Assembly (NCBI RefSeq): GCF_006345805.1
Contig: NC_043001.1
Location: forward strand, 106,454,001-106,518,000
From: Octopus sinensis
Lineage: Eukaryota
Reading direction: 5' to 3'
DNA: 64,000 nucleotides
Shown: piece by piece, positions 13,161 to 25,968 of the stretch
Layout: every line of letters starts with the position of its first letter
Position numbering within the stretch: the first letter of the stretch is position 1
The notes under the pieces: generated by a model
Told to the model about the DNA's origin: nothing
The model's database searches: none
The model's input: the letters and a program-made list of their open reading frames with translations, nothing else
Translations under genes and position numbers: made by a program

Positions 13161-13335
13161 GTCTATCTTTTATTTGTTTACTTATTTCAGTCATTAGACT
13201 GCGATCATGCTGTTGTACCGCCCTAAAGAATTTTTAGTCGAAGGAATCGACCCCTGTATTTATACATTTTGATGGGTATATAAACTCACCGTCCTAGGTT
13301 ATCAAGCAGTATCAGCGAGGAACAAACACAGACAC
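13161..13335 (+). mobile_element. SINE family C
   Basis: TTTCAGTCATTAGACTGCGATCATGCTG matches 27283 and 43435. Confidence 0.7.
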
Positions 13336-13337
13336 AA

Positions 13338-13368
<31 letters not shown>

Positions 13369-13420
13369 TGTGTATATGTGTTTATGTGTGTGTGCGCGTG
13401 CATGCGTGTGTGTGTATTCT

Positions 13421-13549
13421 TTTCCGTCTCACAAATCCATTCACAGGGCCTTGGTTGACCCGAGACTATAGAAGAAGACGCGCACTCGGTCTGAACACGG
13501 AAGCATATGGTTGAACAAGAAGATTCCTACCCCCAGCCACGCATGCGTC
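13421..13549 (-). mobile_element. SINE family B (diverged)
   Basis: Reverse-complement match to family B. Confidence 0.7.
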
Positions 13550-13582
13550 TATATATATATGTATATATATGTATATACACAT

Positions 13583-13653
<71 letters not shown>

Positions 13654-14785
13654 GTGAGAGAGAGAGAGAGAGAGATTGATTTATACACAATCTTTATCGA
13701 TATCTCTCCGTCACTCTCCGTCACTCCCTGTCTCTCACGCACACACACGTACGTATGTATAAACAGTCACATAGACACCTATTCAAAGGTAATAGCCTGT
13801 GCTTTGAATGCGTAGACACTTATAAGCTATCATTCGAAAGATCACAGTACATTTGACAACGTTCAAAAGGATTCTCCACTTCACTACAACGGTACTAAAA
13901 AAGCATTAGCAAAGTCTGCAAATGTCCAAGTATATAGATCCATAAAACTTGCTTCTCGCTCACAGAATAATTTCAATTTATAATGAGCTCCTTTCTTCAC
14001 TGTCGCGTACATGCTGAATTATATTGCCGAACTGTAAGATTTTGTATATTTTTTTATTATATATATATATGTATATCTTTGTAATAGATTAAACGCAAAT
14101 TGATGACTTTTTAGCTGTCTGATAATGACATTTCCTATATTTTGTTGATCCATATTCAGAAAATGGAAATAACTTTGAAGTCTGATATTTCAAATATTTT
14201 TCAGGCTTTTTATGAATTCTAAACGTTAAATATCGATTTCTGCTCTGGCTATGAAGCAAATGTTTTAGTTTTTGAACTGTGTAGATTATGGAGACAACCT
14301 GAGTATATTTTTAGTATTTCTGTTTGAGGACAGTGGGGTGGGGGTGGGGGGCGAACGAAGCGCACTATTGCCATTCCTTCTATTCGATCAAACACGTGAT
14401 CAAAAGCTTTCCAGCCATGACTGACACGCGATTTTATCAATACCTTTCTCACCCTACAACCAACTTTCAGGTCTCTTTTAAGCATAATTTATTCGAACTT
14501 CTATCATCCGATCGTCATCCCACAACCTGTAATTTTATAGAATCTTTGACTTTTCTTGTTTATGTGGTTAATTGTGAAAATCTTCCAAAACAAAAATGCT
14601 CAACCAAACTTTTCCAGTCAGAGAGAGTTAAATTTGAAACAGAAAAATCACTTGTTGTATGCTGGTCGTTTGTTTCCGCGAAGCCGTGTGCAGCTCCTTA
14701 TCATTTTAATAATGGATTTTAAACTCATTCTTGGGAAGCTAATCATTGAAGATATAAGACGAAACATTTTGAATTTTAAAAAGAT

Positions 14786-14940
14786 TTAATTTTATTATTA
14801 TTATTATTATTATTATTATCATTATTATTATTATTATTATTATTATCATTATTATTATTATTATTATTATGATTACTATTATTATTATTATTATCATCAG
14901 CAGCAGCAGCATCAGCATCATCATCGTCATCATTATTATT
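14786..14940. repeat. (ATT)n/(CAG)n/(CAT)n microsatellite
   Basis: Direct inspection. Confidence 0.95.
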
Positions 14941-14944
14941 CAAA

Positions 14945-15022
14945 AGGCGTGCTGGCAGAATCGTTAGCACGCCGGACTTCGCTGCATTTCATCCGTTTTT
15001 ACGTTCTAAGTTCAATTACGCT
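14945..15022 (+). mobile_element. SINE family A, 5' part only
   Basis: GGCGTGCTGGCAGAATCGTTAGCACGCCGG head. Confidence 0.75.
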
Positions 15023-15029
15023 GAACGTG

Positions 15030-16085
15030 AAGACGGAAAATATCGCTCTTTTACATACCTACGTATGTTTTCTCCACGGAGATATATATTTATACGTGGT
15101 AGATAAGTATGTTTTGGGTCGATAGTGTTTTGGAAATTGGGTTTCAATATTCTTTGGAAGTAATATCACTTGCTAACCAGTCAGGTGTTTTCTTATGCTC
15201 CCTCGTTGAACTTTTCGCGTGCGCACGGTAACGGTACGACCCAGAAATTTAACACTCTGTCGTTACCAAGGGATTTCCACTTATGAACCTTTCTTGAATG
15301 ACATCCTTACGTTTGCAATTGTGATGTTTTCCCATGTTTGTTCAAACACATTTTGAGAGGATCCTTCTGTGTGGTTAATTCAAATCTATACTTTCATTGC
15401 GGGTTTTTTCATCATTCCAAAAGTTTTCAACTTCTTCCATCAAAAGAGGGGTTTTCAACGTTTATTTACCCCTTCCCTATTTCTCAGTAGAATGTTTTCG
15501 CATTGGACGGTAACATATTATTTTGATAGTAAAACCTGTTTCTCTTCTCAGATCTTCGTCTTTGAGCTTTTGCTTGGAATTTTTGTTGCCGTGTTTCTTT
15601 TGTTGAAAGCATTTCTTCTCTAAATAAGAATCTATATTTTCTCTTCATCTTTCTTCCTTTTCTGCATCTTGCATCGTTTACACAGATTAGTTCATTTAAT
15701 ATTGATGTTTTATCTCTCATTAATTCAATCTCTTTTTCATCTTTACTTCTCCAGTTTGGAATTCTTCCCAGGTTTGCATTTCTTTGCTTTTTCAGAGGCA
15801 TACAACTTGTTTCAATTGTCTTAACAGATGCATAAATAATTTCATTTAACTCAGTATGAAGAGGTTTTAATTCTTGTACGATTTTCTGTTACATAGTTGT
15901 AAATTCTAATTTGTTTTGTTTTTTTTATTTTGGATTGTATTTGAAACTGAATGAAGTGGTTCTCTATCAAGCATATTCGCATGTCTTACAACTGCTTCAT
16001 TTGTGTCATAGACTCTGTGTTCTTCAGCAAATGTGTGGTCTTCACATACTGTTTATTTAACACTTTCCTCGCTATTTTTATTGAG
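15030..16085 (-). mobile_element. Decayed R4/Dong-like LINE, region upstream of and into the RT
   Basis: ORF 15484-15801 (QKFQAKAQRRRSEKRNRFYYQNNMLPSNAKTFY), then MEEVENFWN, HKWKSLGNDRVLNFW, PDWLA and LPKNIETQFPKHYRP. Confidence 0.75.
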
Positions 16086-16099
16086 TTCATTACAATATA

Positions 16100-16275
16100 C
16101 TTACATTATTTACATTATTTTCATTTGACGGGTATTTGTATTCATCTTATTTGTTGCTAACACAACGTTTCAGCTGATATACCCTCCAGCCTTCATCAGG
16201 TGTCTTAGGGAAACTTCGAACGTGGGTTCTCATTCCTAAGGTATTTTTCGATGCTGTTGTTGTTGTTGTTGTTGT

Positions 16276-16369
<94 letters not shown>

Positions 16370-16535
16370 ATCACTGACTGGAATCGAACTCGGAATCTTG
16401 TGGTTAGTAGCCCGCGCTCTTAACCACTACGCCATATGTCAGTGGACAAATATGAGGACAAATATCCGTCAAATGTAAATAACGTAAATAATGTAAATAA
16501 TGTGCATAATTTCTCATCTCTTAATTATAGAACTG
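16100..16535 (-). mobile_element. Composite small element: tRNA-like head, (AAT)n, hammerhead-containing tail, inverted partial tail
   Basis: A box TGGCGTAGTGG and B box GAGTTCGATTCC at 16367-16440 (-); hammerhead core at 16159-16204 (-); 16101-16150 is an inverted repeat of 16448-16500. Confidence 0.7.
16159..16204 (-). ncRNA. Minimal type-I hammerhead ribozyme motif
   Basis: GACAC-CUGAUGA-A-GGCUG(gaggguauau)CAGCU-GAAA-CGUU-GUGUU: stem I GACAC/GUGUU, stem II of 5 bp, palindromic ACGU stem III, cleavage triplet GUU. Activity not tested. Confidence 0.65.
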
Positions 16536-16719
16536 TATTACAATATATTTGTTCAGATGTTTGCTTCTACTTGTCAGATGGCTGTCTTTTAATTGAGACT
16601 CGTGGCGGGTTGCTCTCTTCGCCTGATTCTTCATTTCCTTTCTCTCTCATATATACGTCATTTTCCACATCGTGCTCGATCATGGTTATTTCACAATGTT
16701 GACTTATTATTATTATTAC

Positions 16720-16753
<34 letters not shown>

Positions 16754-16832
16754 ATTATTATTATCATTATTATTACTATTATTATTATTATTATTATTAT
16801 TACTATTATTATTATTATTATTATTATTATAT

Positions 16833-17050
16833 AGGTGGTGAGCTGGCAGGATCGTTGGCACGCTGGGCGAAATGCTTCGTAGTACTTCACCCGTAGACAC
16901 GTTCTGAGTTCAAATTCCACCGAGGTCGACTTTGCCTTTCATCATTTTGAGGTCGATAAATTAAGTGCCATTTGCGTTCTGAGGTCGATGTAATCGACTG
17001 GCCCCCTCCCGCCAAATTTCAGGCCTTGGGCCTAGAGTAGAAAGGATTAT
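16833..17050 (+). mobile_element. SINE family A (tail 2)
   Basis: Complete head, core and tail. Confidence 0.9.
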
Positions 17051-17051
17051 T

Positions 17052-17086
<35 letters not shown>

Positions 17087-17564
17087 TATCATCTTTGCCA
17101 TCACCATCATTATCATCTTCATCATCAATACTACTGCTGATTATATTAAACTTTCTTGTGACTTCTACATCTCTAGCAGATGCATCCCAGTTCCAAGAGG
17201 CTGTATTCATCAGTGGTATTAGGAAATGAAGAAATTATGTTTGCCATATCACCTTGGTTTTGTTGTGGGATGCTGTTTTATTTGATTTTTAATTTTTGTT
17301 ATCTGGTCATAATACAATATGTCGCCGGTTATATAGAATATATACAATATCAGTTACGTGGTTTTGTTGAGTAGTGAGTGGCTAGCTTGCAATTTGTGTG
17401 TTACTTAATATTACTTTGAAGAAGAGACTCTGTACAGTCAGCGTTATATAATTGATATTACATTAGTTCAAGATTGTACAGCATGTTTGTACTATCAATA
17501 CAACAGTTGTATACCGCTGCGCTGAGCCTGGTATGGCTATTATAAATATATTTCTTTTTATGTA

Positions 17565-17610
17565 TATGTGTGTGTATGTACACACATATATATATATATA
17601 CATATATGTA

Positions 17611-17650
<40 letters not shown>

Positions 17651-17663
17651 CATATATATATAC

Positions 17664-17694
<31 letters not shown>

Positions 17695-17771
17695 CATATA
17701 TATATATACATATATATATTATATATATACATATATATATACATTATATATATATACATATATATATATAC

Positions 17772-17840
<69 letters not shown>

Positions 17841-17864
17841 CACATATATATATATATATATATA

Positions 17865-17905
<41 letters not shown>

Positions 17906-17927
17906 ATATATATAATATATATATATA
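17565..17927. repeat. Long (TA)n tract with CA interruptions
   Basis: Direct inspection. Confidence 0.95.
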
Positions 17928-18481
17928 GAATCGTCTGATAAACCATTGGTCAGAAATAAATAAGAACTCGTATATTTCTCGATATAGTGGATACTTTGAT
18001 CAAAGTATGCAGTATTATAGATCCATTTGAGTCGATCTTACCGGATATTATATCCGGTTGTTTAATACCCGGTACGAAACCGATTGGTAAGACCGGCTGA
18101 AATGAATCGATAAGATGGTGTATTTTGATTAAAATATGTATGTATATATGGGCATGTATGAGTGTGCCTATGTGTGTGCCTGTGTTTCGGTGCGTGCGCT
18201 TGTATTGTGTATAGAGTTAGTTTCCACGTTTTGCAGTTTAATTTTATGTAACTTTATATAGAATCTCTCTCTCGACTTATCTTCACTAAATTCTATCATA
18301 ACTAAACTTAATTATCTAGACTGTATATCCCATGATGCTTTATGTAATCGTGCATATACACAGGCATTACACACATATGAACATACACACACGCGTATAT
18401 ATATTTGAATGTATATGTATATATATAATATAAGCATATATATGTATGTATATATATATGTATGTATGTATGTATGTATGC

Positions 18482-18516
<35 letters not shown>

Positions 18517-18689
18517 ATATGTATTTATGTATGTATGTATGCATGCATCATCCATATCTTGACTGGGAGAAAGAATTGGTATATAACCGTTCTTCTATAA
18601 AGAAATACATACAAACGTATATGCCAACTTAAGCACTCCTACGTGTAGGTTTGTAGTGTTTGTGGAGGTATTTGCGAACATATTCTACG

Positions 18690-18729
<40 letters not shown>

Positions 18730-20307
18730 TATGCAAGATGGTGAATGCGTATGCATAAATGCATAAGGAGACATCAACGTTTGGACAGCGAAATCCTTCT
18801 TTAGCGCATCCATTCGAAACATTCGGAAATAGTTTTACTCGAAATAAAAACACAAGTTACGTTACTGACATTGCTGTCCTTACTACTGCATTTCCAATAA
18901 GATAAATTACTTCTAGCAAAGATGGCTTTGATCTGTCTATTCCTGTACTTCCATTACATAATTTTACTAATGCTACATCCTCTAATGCCAAAAGCAATCA
19001 CATTTCAAACCACGACATATCGGTTACCAGTAATGGATTACATTCACTCGCTGCTATTAATAGTAGACTAGTTTATATGTGGGGGTTTTGCTATATATTT
19101 CTTTTTATGTCTACTTTTATATAGGAAATGTTTGCGCAAGTGTACGTTGGCTCAACATTTTTAATATAGTCGAACATTTCAGGCAGTCAAAAAGAGATCA
19201 GTTTGTGATCCAAGAGGGTTGATAACCTCAGTCTCTCAATTCATTTCTAGCCTAGCTGGACCCGTGGTATTGTCATTGTTGTTGACAGCTAAGACATTAA
19301 CATTTCTTCAAATCGTTCTCTCGTCTTTTGTTAACACATTAATTGCATTTTCTTTCATTCAAGTTTCTTCGACGCAACTCTTCTCGTTCTATTTCCAGCG
19401 TTTTCTATTTCTACTCTTATCTTGTCCGTTCTCTGTGTGGCCTCATTCTTTCACTTGTTACCTCATTTTGTTTCTTGCCATTCGTATTCTTTAAAATCAA
19501 GAAATATGAAAGATTTAGGCATTGTTGTGTAGTAAAAGAAACTATTCCGTTCTTTGCCCTCTTACCGGTATCAAAATCTTAATTACTATTCGCATTAAGA
19601 AACATCATCTCTATCATACCATCACTTTAACAACGAACTTAATATATTTTTCAGTAATTCACACATCAGGGTACCTGCGTGTGATCGTACGTCTACGTAG
19701 GGAATTTCATTCTCCTCTCTCTGACAGTTTCATTTTCCTTTACTTCTCTCTCTCTTTCTCTCTTTCTCACTCTCTCTCTCTCTCTCTCGCTCTCTCGCTC
19801 TCTCCCTTCACTCAGAGTATCACTACTTCTTTTGCTACTCTTATGAGTATTTATGTTTGGATTTAGCAACGTATATACACATGAATGGGTACTTTTGGTT
19901 ATCTCACCCTCATTAATCGGATTATCTCCCCGCGTTTTATGAAAAAAATTCGGTACATTTGGTTATCTCCCCCACCTAAAAAAACTTGTTTAACCCTCAA
20001 TAAAACAAAATATAAAGGAAAAAATCAATAAGCATGAAAGCTGAAAAAATTAATCATCTTATCGAATCTAATTTTTATAACAAATCATACCATTCCTATT
20101 GAGGGGGCCAAACGTCAACAATGTGTTGAAGTATTGAATCAAAAGGATTTGATACTTTTAATCCAATCTGTTATCGCTACAAATTCACCATTATCAGAGA
20201 GAGGGAGAGAGAGAGAAAGAAAAACAGAGAAGCAGAGTCAGAGACAAAAAGAGTACAGGTATACATAATATGCATATCTAGCTATCTATCTATCTATCTA
20301 TCTAATA

Positions 20308-20348
<41 letters not shown>

Positions 20349-20399
20349 CATTAGAGAGTATTACTAACCCAAGGGTCAGAGGAACTGCCCATCTCAACA

Positions 20400-20645
20400 A
20401 TGTGCGCCATGACCGTTTTTAATGCGGCGGAAAATTAAAAAAGGTGATCGAAACGACATGTGAATCGTTGGCGATTTTCTTCCTCCGTCTTCCCTTCTAT
20501 CGGGTTTCTTCTGTTTCCGAAGAAGAACGTCTACTCGAAACGTTAAATCATGTTTATTTCTTTCCATGAGCGTCAGCTAATACTTTACATGTAGCAAGTC
20601 CTTGCGCTGATTTTTTTTTGCGCTTGTTCTTCTTTTTGGAATTTA
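20400..20645 (+). mobile_element. Penelope pLTR-like relic with a degenerate hammerhead core
   Basis: GUUU-CCGAAGA-...-GAAACGUU-AAAU at 20513-20548. Confidence 0.4.
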
Positions 20646-20758
20646 CTATATATATATATATATATAGTAAATATATATATTACAAAGTTAAAAAGGTGAT
20701 CCAAGTGAATGATAATAATTATATATATATATAATCATCTTAATGAATGTAATTTATT

Positions 20759-20813
<55 letters not shown>

Positions 20814-21043
20814 ATACCTACTAAATAAGTAACTCGCTTTGTAATCATGAGTGCACCTAACATCGCGTGTCCGTATGCTCACATTTTTGCTAATGCTAAT
20901 GCTTGTATGACCGTGTGTACTCGTGCCATGCAGCTTGCCCGAGGGCGTTTATACATCCATATCTGTTAACGGTTATCTTCAATACTTTTCTCGCTTGATT
21001 AAGTGTTCGTTTCTCTTTTTGCCTTCTGCAATTTTATCTTTGG

Positions 21044-21623
21044 ATCTTCTATATATATGAAGAACGAGCAAAACGCCCCCCGTCCAATGAACGGTGCTGA
21101 GTTTTCAAACATTTAAACCAAATTTTCTCAAAACAAGTTTTCCGACCGTCCCATAGGCCTCCCCTTTGAGAAACACTGATTTAACCTTAAATTTTAGACA
21201 CCAGCAAAAGAAGAACTAAAGATAGACTTTTTTTTTCTATTCCAAAGAAAAACGATTTTATTCACACGAATATGCAACCGAAGAGTTTAAAGTACCAGTA
21301 ATGATACTGTTGACTGGGAGAACACAAACATGGTTTACACAGTAAGCTTGGTAGGAAAGAAACGTGCCTTTGAGCAGTACAAAAACAACAAAACATGGAA
21401 GGTGCAGTTATGTACAGGTTGACGGAAGAAAAGCAGGACAAAAAGGGCTTTATTGGTCGCATTCTCATCTGGAATCGATTTTAAAATTTTTTTTCAAGAC
21501 TTATACACGCCCTGATACCGTCGGTATCTACTTATCAAATTTGAGCGCAATCGGATGGAGGATGCCCGAGATCCTAGAAGAAGCACACACACAGACAGAC
21601 AGAACGGATTTCATATAAGAGAT
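21044..21623. mobile_element. Putative non-autonomous DNA element (MITE or Helentron-associated type)
   Basis: Imperfect terminal inverted repeats ATCTTCTATATATATGA and TCATATAAGAGAT; subterminal (CA)n/(GACA)n. Confidence 0.35.
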
Positions 21624-21884
21624 TTTTCTCCGTCTGGCTGTTTTTCTCTCTCTACAAAACAGAACGTTGCATTGTGGAACAGTCATCTTGAGTTGTTTTT
21701 TTAATTATTTATCACCGACAAGATACGTCTACACCACTGGATACTCCTGAATCAGTTGTTGAGTTTCCCACAAGAGTACTCGATGCTAGATGTGTTGAAA
21801 CAATTGTTGTGATTAATAATATATTCTCGTATATTCCATCTTCTGTCTTTCATTTGTTATATACATAAATATATATATATACAA

Positions 21885-22045
21885 CGGGCTTCTTTCAGTT
21901 TCCGTCTACCAGATCCATTCACAAGGCTTTGGTCGGTCCAAGGCTATGGTAGAAGACGCACTCACCCAAGGTGCTACGCAGTGGGATGAACCTGGAAACA
22001 TGTGGTTGGGAAGCAAGCTTCTTACCACACAGCCACTCTTGCACC
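21885..22045 (-). mobile_element. SINE family B
   Basis: Reverse complement of the family B head and core. Confidence 0.85.
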
Positions 22046-23334
22046 TATATATGTGTGTGTGTGTAATGTATATAATGCATATACGTATATATATATGTGT
22101 GTTTGTCTATGTGTGTAATGTATATAATGTATGTATATGTGCGTGTGTGTGTGTGTGCGTGTGTCTGTGTGTCTGCTTATGCACATACGCAAGACGCTAA
22201 ATCGAAACCAGAAGTGAGTCCTGTCACCAATAAATATTGTGCTGTATAATTTTGTCAACAAGAACGACTACTACTGCTACTACTACTACTACTAATACTA
22301 CTACTACTGTTACCAGCATCACTTAGGGATCTGTTGCACGTACTTCAATCCACAGATGAAACTTATCACGATACTTGAAGCCAACAAATTCCTCATCAAT
22401 GCAACTATTCTTCCACTGCAAACAGCGGCGAGATACATCGACTTCTTTGAATGATGAGTTTTACCATTTTGTGGTGCCTACTAACAGGAAAAATTGAATT
22501 ACTCGTATCAAATTTATAAGTTGTGTCATGGCAACAGAAATGTTTGAAACCATGTAAATTTAATAGCGAATTTCATATCAGCATTGAAAGCATCGGTTTT
22601 TCAATGTTCTAATATAATGCTGTATGAAAATTATTTTGGGAAATAAATTTCTGAATGAATAGGGGATTTTTATTAATTGTGTATTAGAAAAATGTGGTGA
22701 AATGGTAGGATTAGAATTCCTTGTGACATTTCTCCGATTATTTGTACTTCGGTTTCGAATCCAAAGAGACTAACAATACATTTATTATTTCAGAGCTGAT
22801 GAAATAAGATTTAATCAAATACAAAAACACCGACCGTTCCTCCCCAACAAATTCTTAATTTTGATTTAATGTAGGAAATCCAAGAGTGGCGAACTGGAAG
22901 AATCATTAGGACATGGAACAAAATGTCTGATAGTAATTGGATACGGTTCTTTAGATATATGTAAATTCATACACATAGACACACTCACACAAGGAGACAG
23001 CGGTATACACATGAATATGCAGAATACACACATACATATATACATACATACATAAATACATACATACATATGTAGGTGCGTACAAATACATACATATAAA
23101 TACATACACATGTGCATACTAAAGCAGACATGAACACTGACGCACAGACACATGAGCACAAACAGACATCCATCGCAGCTCCAATAACGGACAGAGTCAT
23201 CTATTGACAAAGTTGCAAAACCAACGAAAATTTTATTATAATCCGTTTTGGTTAATTAACTAATTATTGATCTTTTATAATTATGTCATTACTTCCAAAT
23301 TAGCGCTTTCTACTACATTGTATACGTACGCATG

Positions 23335-23388
23335 TATGTATGTATGTATGTATGTATGTATGTATGTATATGTATGTATGTATGTATG

Positions 23389-23420
<32 letters not shown>

Positions 23421-23497
23421 GGTACGTATGTATGTACGTATGTATGTATGTATGTACTATGTATGTATGTATGTATGTATGTTGTATGTATGTATGT

Positions 23498-23530
<33 letters not shown>
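23335..23530. repeat. (TATG)n + (TA)n microsatellite
   Basis: Direct inspection. Confidence 0.95.
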
Positions 23531-23536
<6 letters not shown>

Positions 23537-23984
23537 AAAAATTCTAAAAGAAGCGTTGCAATGTTACAGGTATCCCTTTCTAATTTTGATGATAATGGCG
23601 TATAACAAGACGACTTTCATCTGAATAAAAGTATGATAAAACCGGTATAATACGAAATGTGGCTATTTTTTATTTTAAGTTACTTTATTTGAGATGACCT
23701 TCGCAACACTAACTAGAGCATTGATAGATTTCTTTCCCGTAATGTAAAAGTTGAGGGAGGTTAACCACGTCCGATTTCACCCACTTTCTCCTGTACGTGT
23801 CAGTACTACATGAGATAAATAATGCTTTTAACAGAACTTCCTTATTGAGCTTAAAATCGTTTCCTGTCTGTCTATATTTTATATGAGTGTGTGTACTTCA
23901 ATGTGAGAGAAACTACTTGTACAAATGTACCAATTTTTGGACATATATATATATATATATATATATATGTCCGAAAATTGGTAC

Positions 23985-24048
<64 letters not shown>

Positions 24049-24611
24049 GTGTGGTTCCTTAAATTAGCATATAAAATATCACTATTATCAATATCTTTAT
24101 TTTATGATAGAGATATCTCCAAATACACACGCAGAACTTCCCACAGTAACAGATACATATATGCAAGCATGCATGTATGTATGCATCTATCTAGGTATGT
24201 ATGTAGCTATGTTTTTTCACACATAAAGTACAAAACTTTGTATCTATGTATAATGTATATGTGTATGTGATCATGTATATGCGTATGTGTTTGCGGATGT
24301 GTGTGCGATAAATCGAATATGTACGCACCAATCGTCGTAGGTGTGTTTTAGTTCTCAGAGATGAACAATCATTTTATAATCACGTATATTCGGTCATTTT
24401 CTGTGAGATTTAAACTTTTATGCATTTCATCTCATAACATCAATTTTTCTTAAAAGCATTGTCAGCCAGCATGTATTTCCTTGTCAAAATGAAATATATC
24501 TTTTCTCTTTTCGGGAACCCCATTATTCTTCAATTATTATATTTGGCATGATAAAATCTTTCAACATATTACTATCGTCCTTGCTAAACTTTTCCGGTGC
24601 CTATCTTCACA

Positions 24612-25968
24612 TTATATAAGTTTATTATGAATGTGCATTCGTAACAAAGACTTGCTATTGAAAAAACTGATTTTTCTTTCTTTAGTTTCAGACCAGACTT
24701 TCGGTATGGCCGTGTATTCGTCCTGGCAGCATTGTAGTTTACTGTCGTAAAGAGTGGCATTAAATCCATTGCATAAATGAGGTTTCCTCTTAATTCTACG
24801 GCAAATATTTCTTTACTTGTTCACAAATTAGTAGTCGTAAGATATGAATATTTTACGTTGTGTGTTTAAACATTATTTTGCATTTCACCAAGAAATGTGA
24901 AAATATTCAAATAAAAATTTCTAAAATGGATTTGCATTAGCATTACAATGCAAAGTAATTACAAACTGTTGGAAAGTTTTTAAAGATGTCCTTACTATAC
25001 TTGAGAAAATATTGAAAACGCTAACCAAGTAGTTGCAGGATACTAACAAAATTTATTCTGAATTAATATTTCAAATATAAATTTTAATGATGTTAATACT
25101 TAGAGGAAAATGGTCTGGTAACTAACCGGGTACTAACTTTCAAAGTCAGGAATATTTAACAGTGAACTAACATTCTCACTAAATTGGTGCAGTTGGTAAG
25201 AATTTTGGCATTTATTTATAAATAATAACAATATGAATCAAAGGCATTTCCTATGAATATATCACCGACAATTCGTGTGCATGTATGACATCACATATTC
25301 ATAGAGCTTGCAGATGGTAATTGCCGTTTAACTCACTCATGGAAATTAATACAACTTTAGAAATTTGGTTCACAGTGAGAGAATTATAAGAGCTCAATAA
25401 CAACGGCAAGATGAAAATGAAAGACAGTAATTTAAAGCGGATGTAAACTATGGCGGTATCTGCCATTCTCGTCTTTCATAACTGTTCGAATGCTTGTGAA
25501 TCGGCAGACATGTTAAGAAACGATCAATAAGGAACGTGTGCATCGACCATTTAAAAGGAACTATATGCTATTTGGTAATTCTGCAATATATAAAAATAAG
25601 ATCTACAATTAGCAAGTTAAAAGGACGCTGGAGCGTGACCGGAAATCAACTTATGTGATAAGCAGCGCAAGAATAAATTGTTGCTTGAACATAACTTACG
25701 TTACATGTCGCCTTTGAAATTTAACTAGCATTTTCGTACTTGGCATTTTCAAAGAATCCCTTCCTTACCTTGGTGAAACGATTTTGGTTAATAAATAGAG
25801 CCCGGTCATATATAGCTGCCAATGATAGAAGTAAAGTAAAAGTATAACTGGCAAGAATATCCCTTTGAAGATCACAGTAAAAAAAACATTTGCCTCTCCA
25901 ATTTTATAATCAAATAATATGTACTGCAAGAGAAAAAAAAGTATATAGTGAAACCGAGAAAAAGCCAT
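24612..25968 (-). CDS. Tentative two-exon gene (25968-25769 + 24795-24612), 127-aa protein with hydrophobic N-terminus and a Cys motif
   Basis: ATG ORF ends at a strong donor CAAG|GTAAGG in phase 2; the acceptor ttgccgtag| is phase-compatible; product includes LCNGFNATLYDSKLQCCQD. No homology search possible. Confidence 0.2.

Noticed and set aside
16367-16445. Functional tRNA gene
   Set aside because: A and B boxes are present but acceptor and T stems pair poorly; treated as a tRNA-derived element head.
21296-21367. Minus-strand exon candidate GTFLSYQAYCVNHVCVLPVNSIIT
   Set aside because: Weak donor and located inside a putative mobile element.
22300-22490. Protein-like frames on both strands (SFKEVDVSRRCLQW..; MKLITILEANKF..)
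   Set aside because: In-frame stops next to the best acceptor; no consistent exon could be defined.
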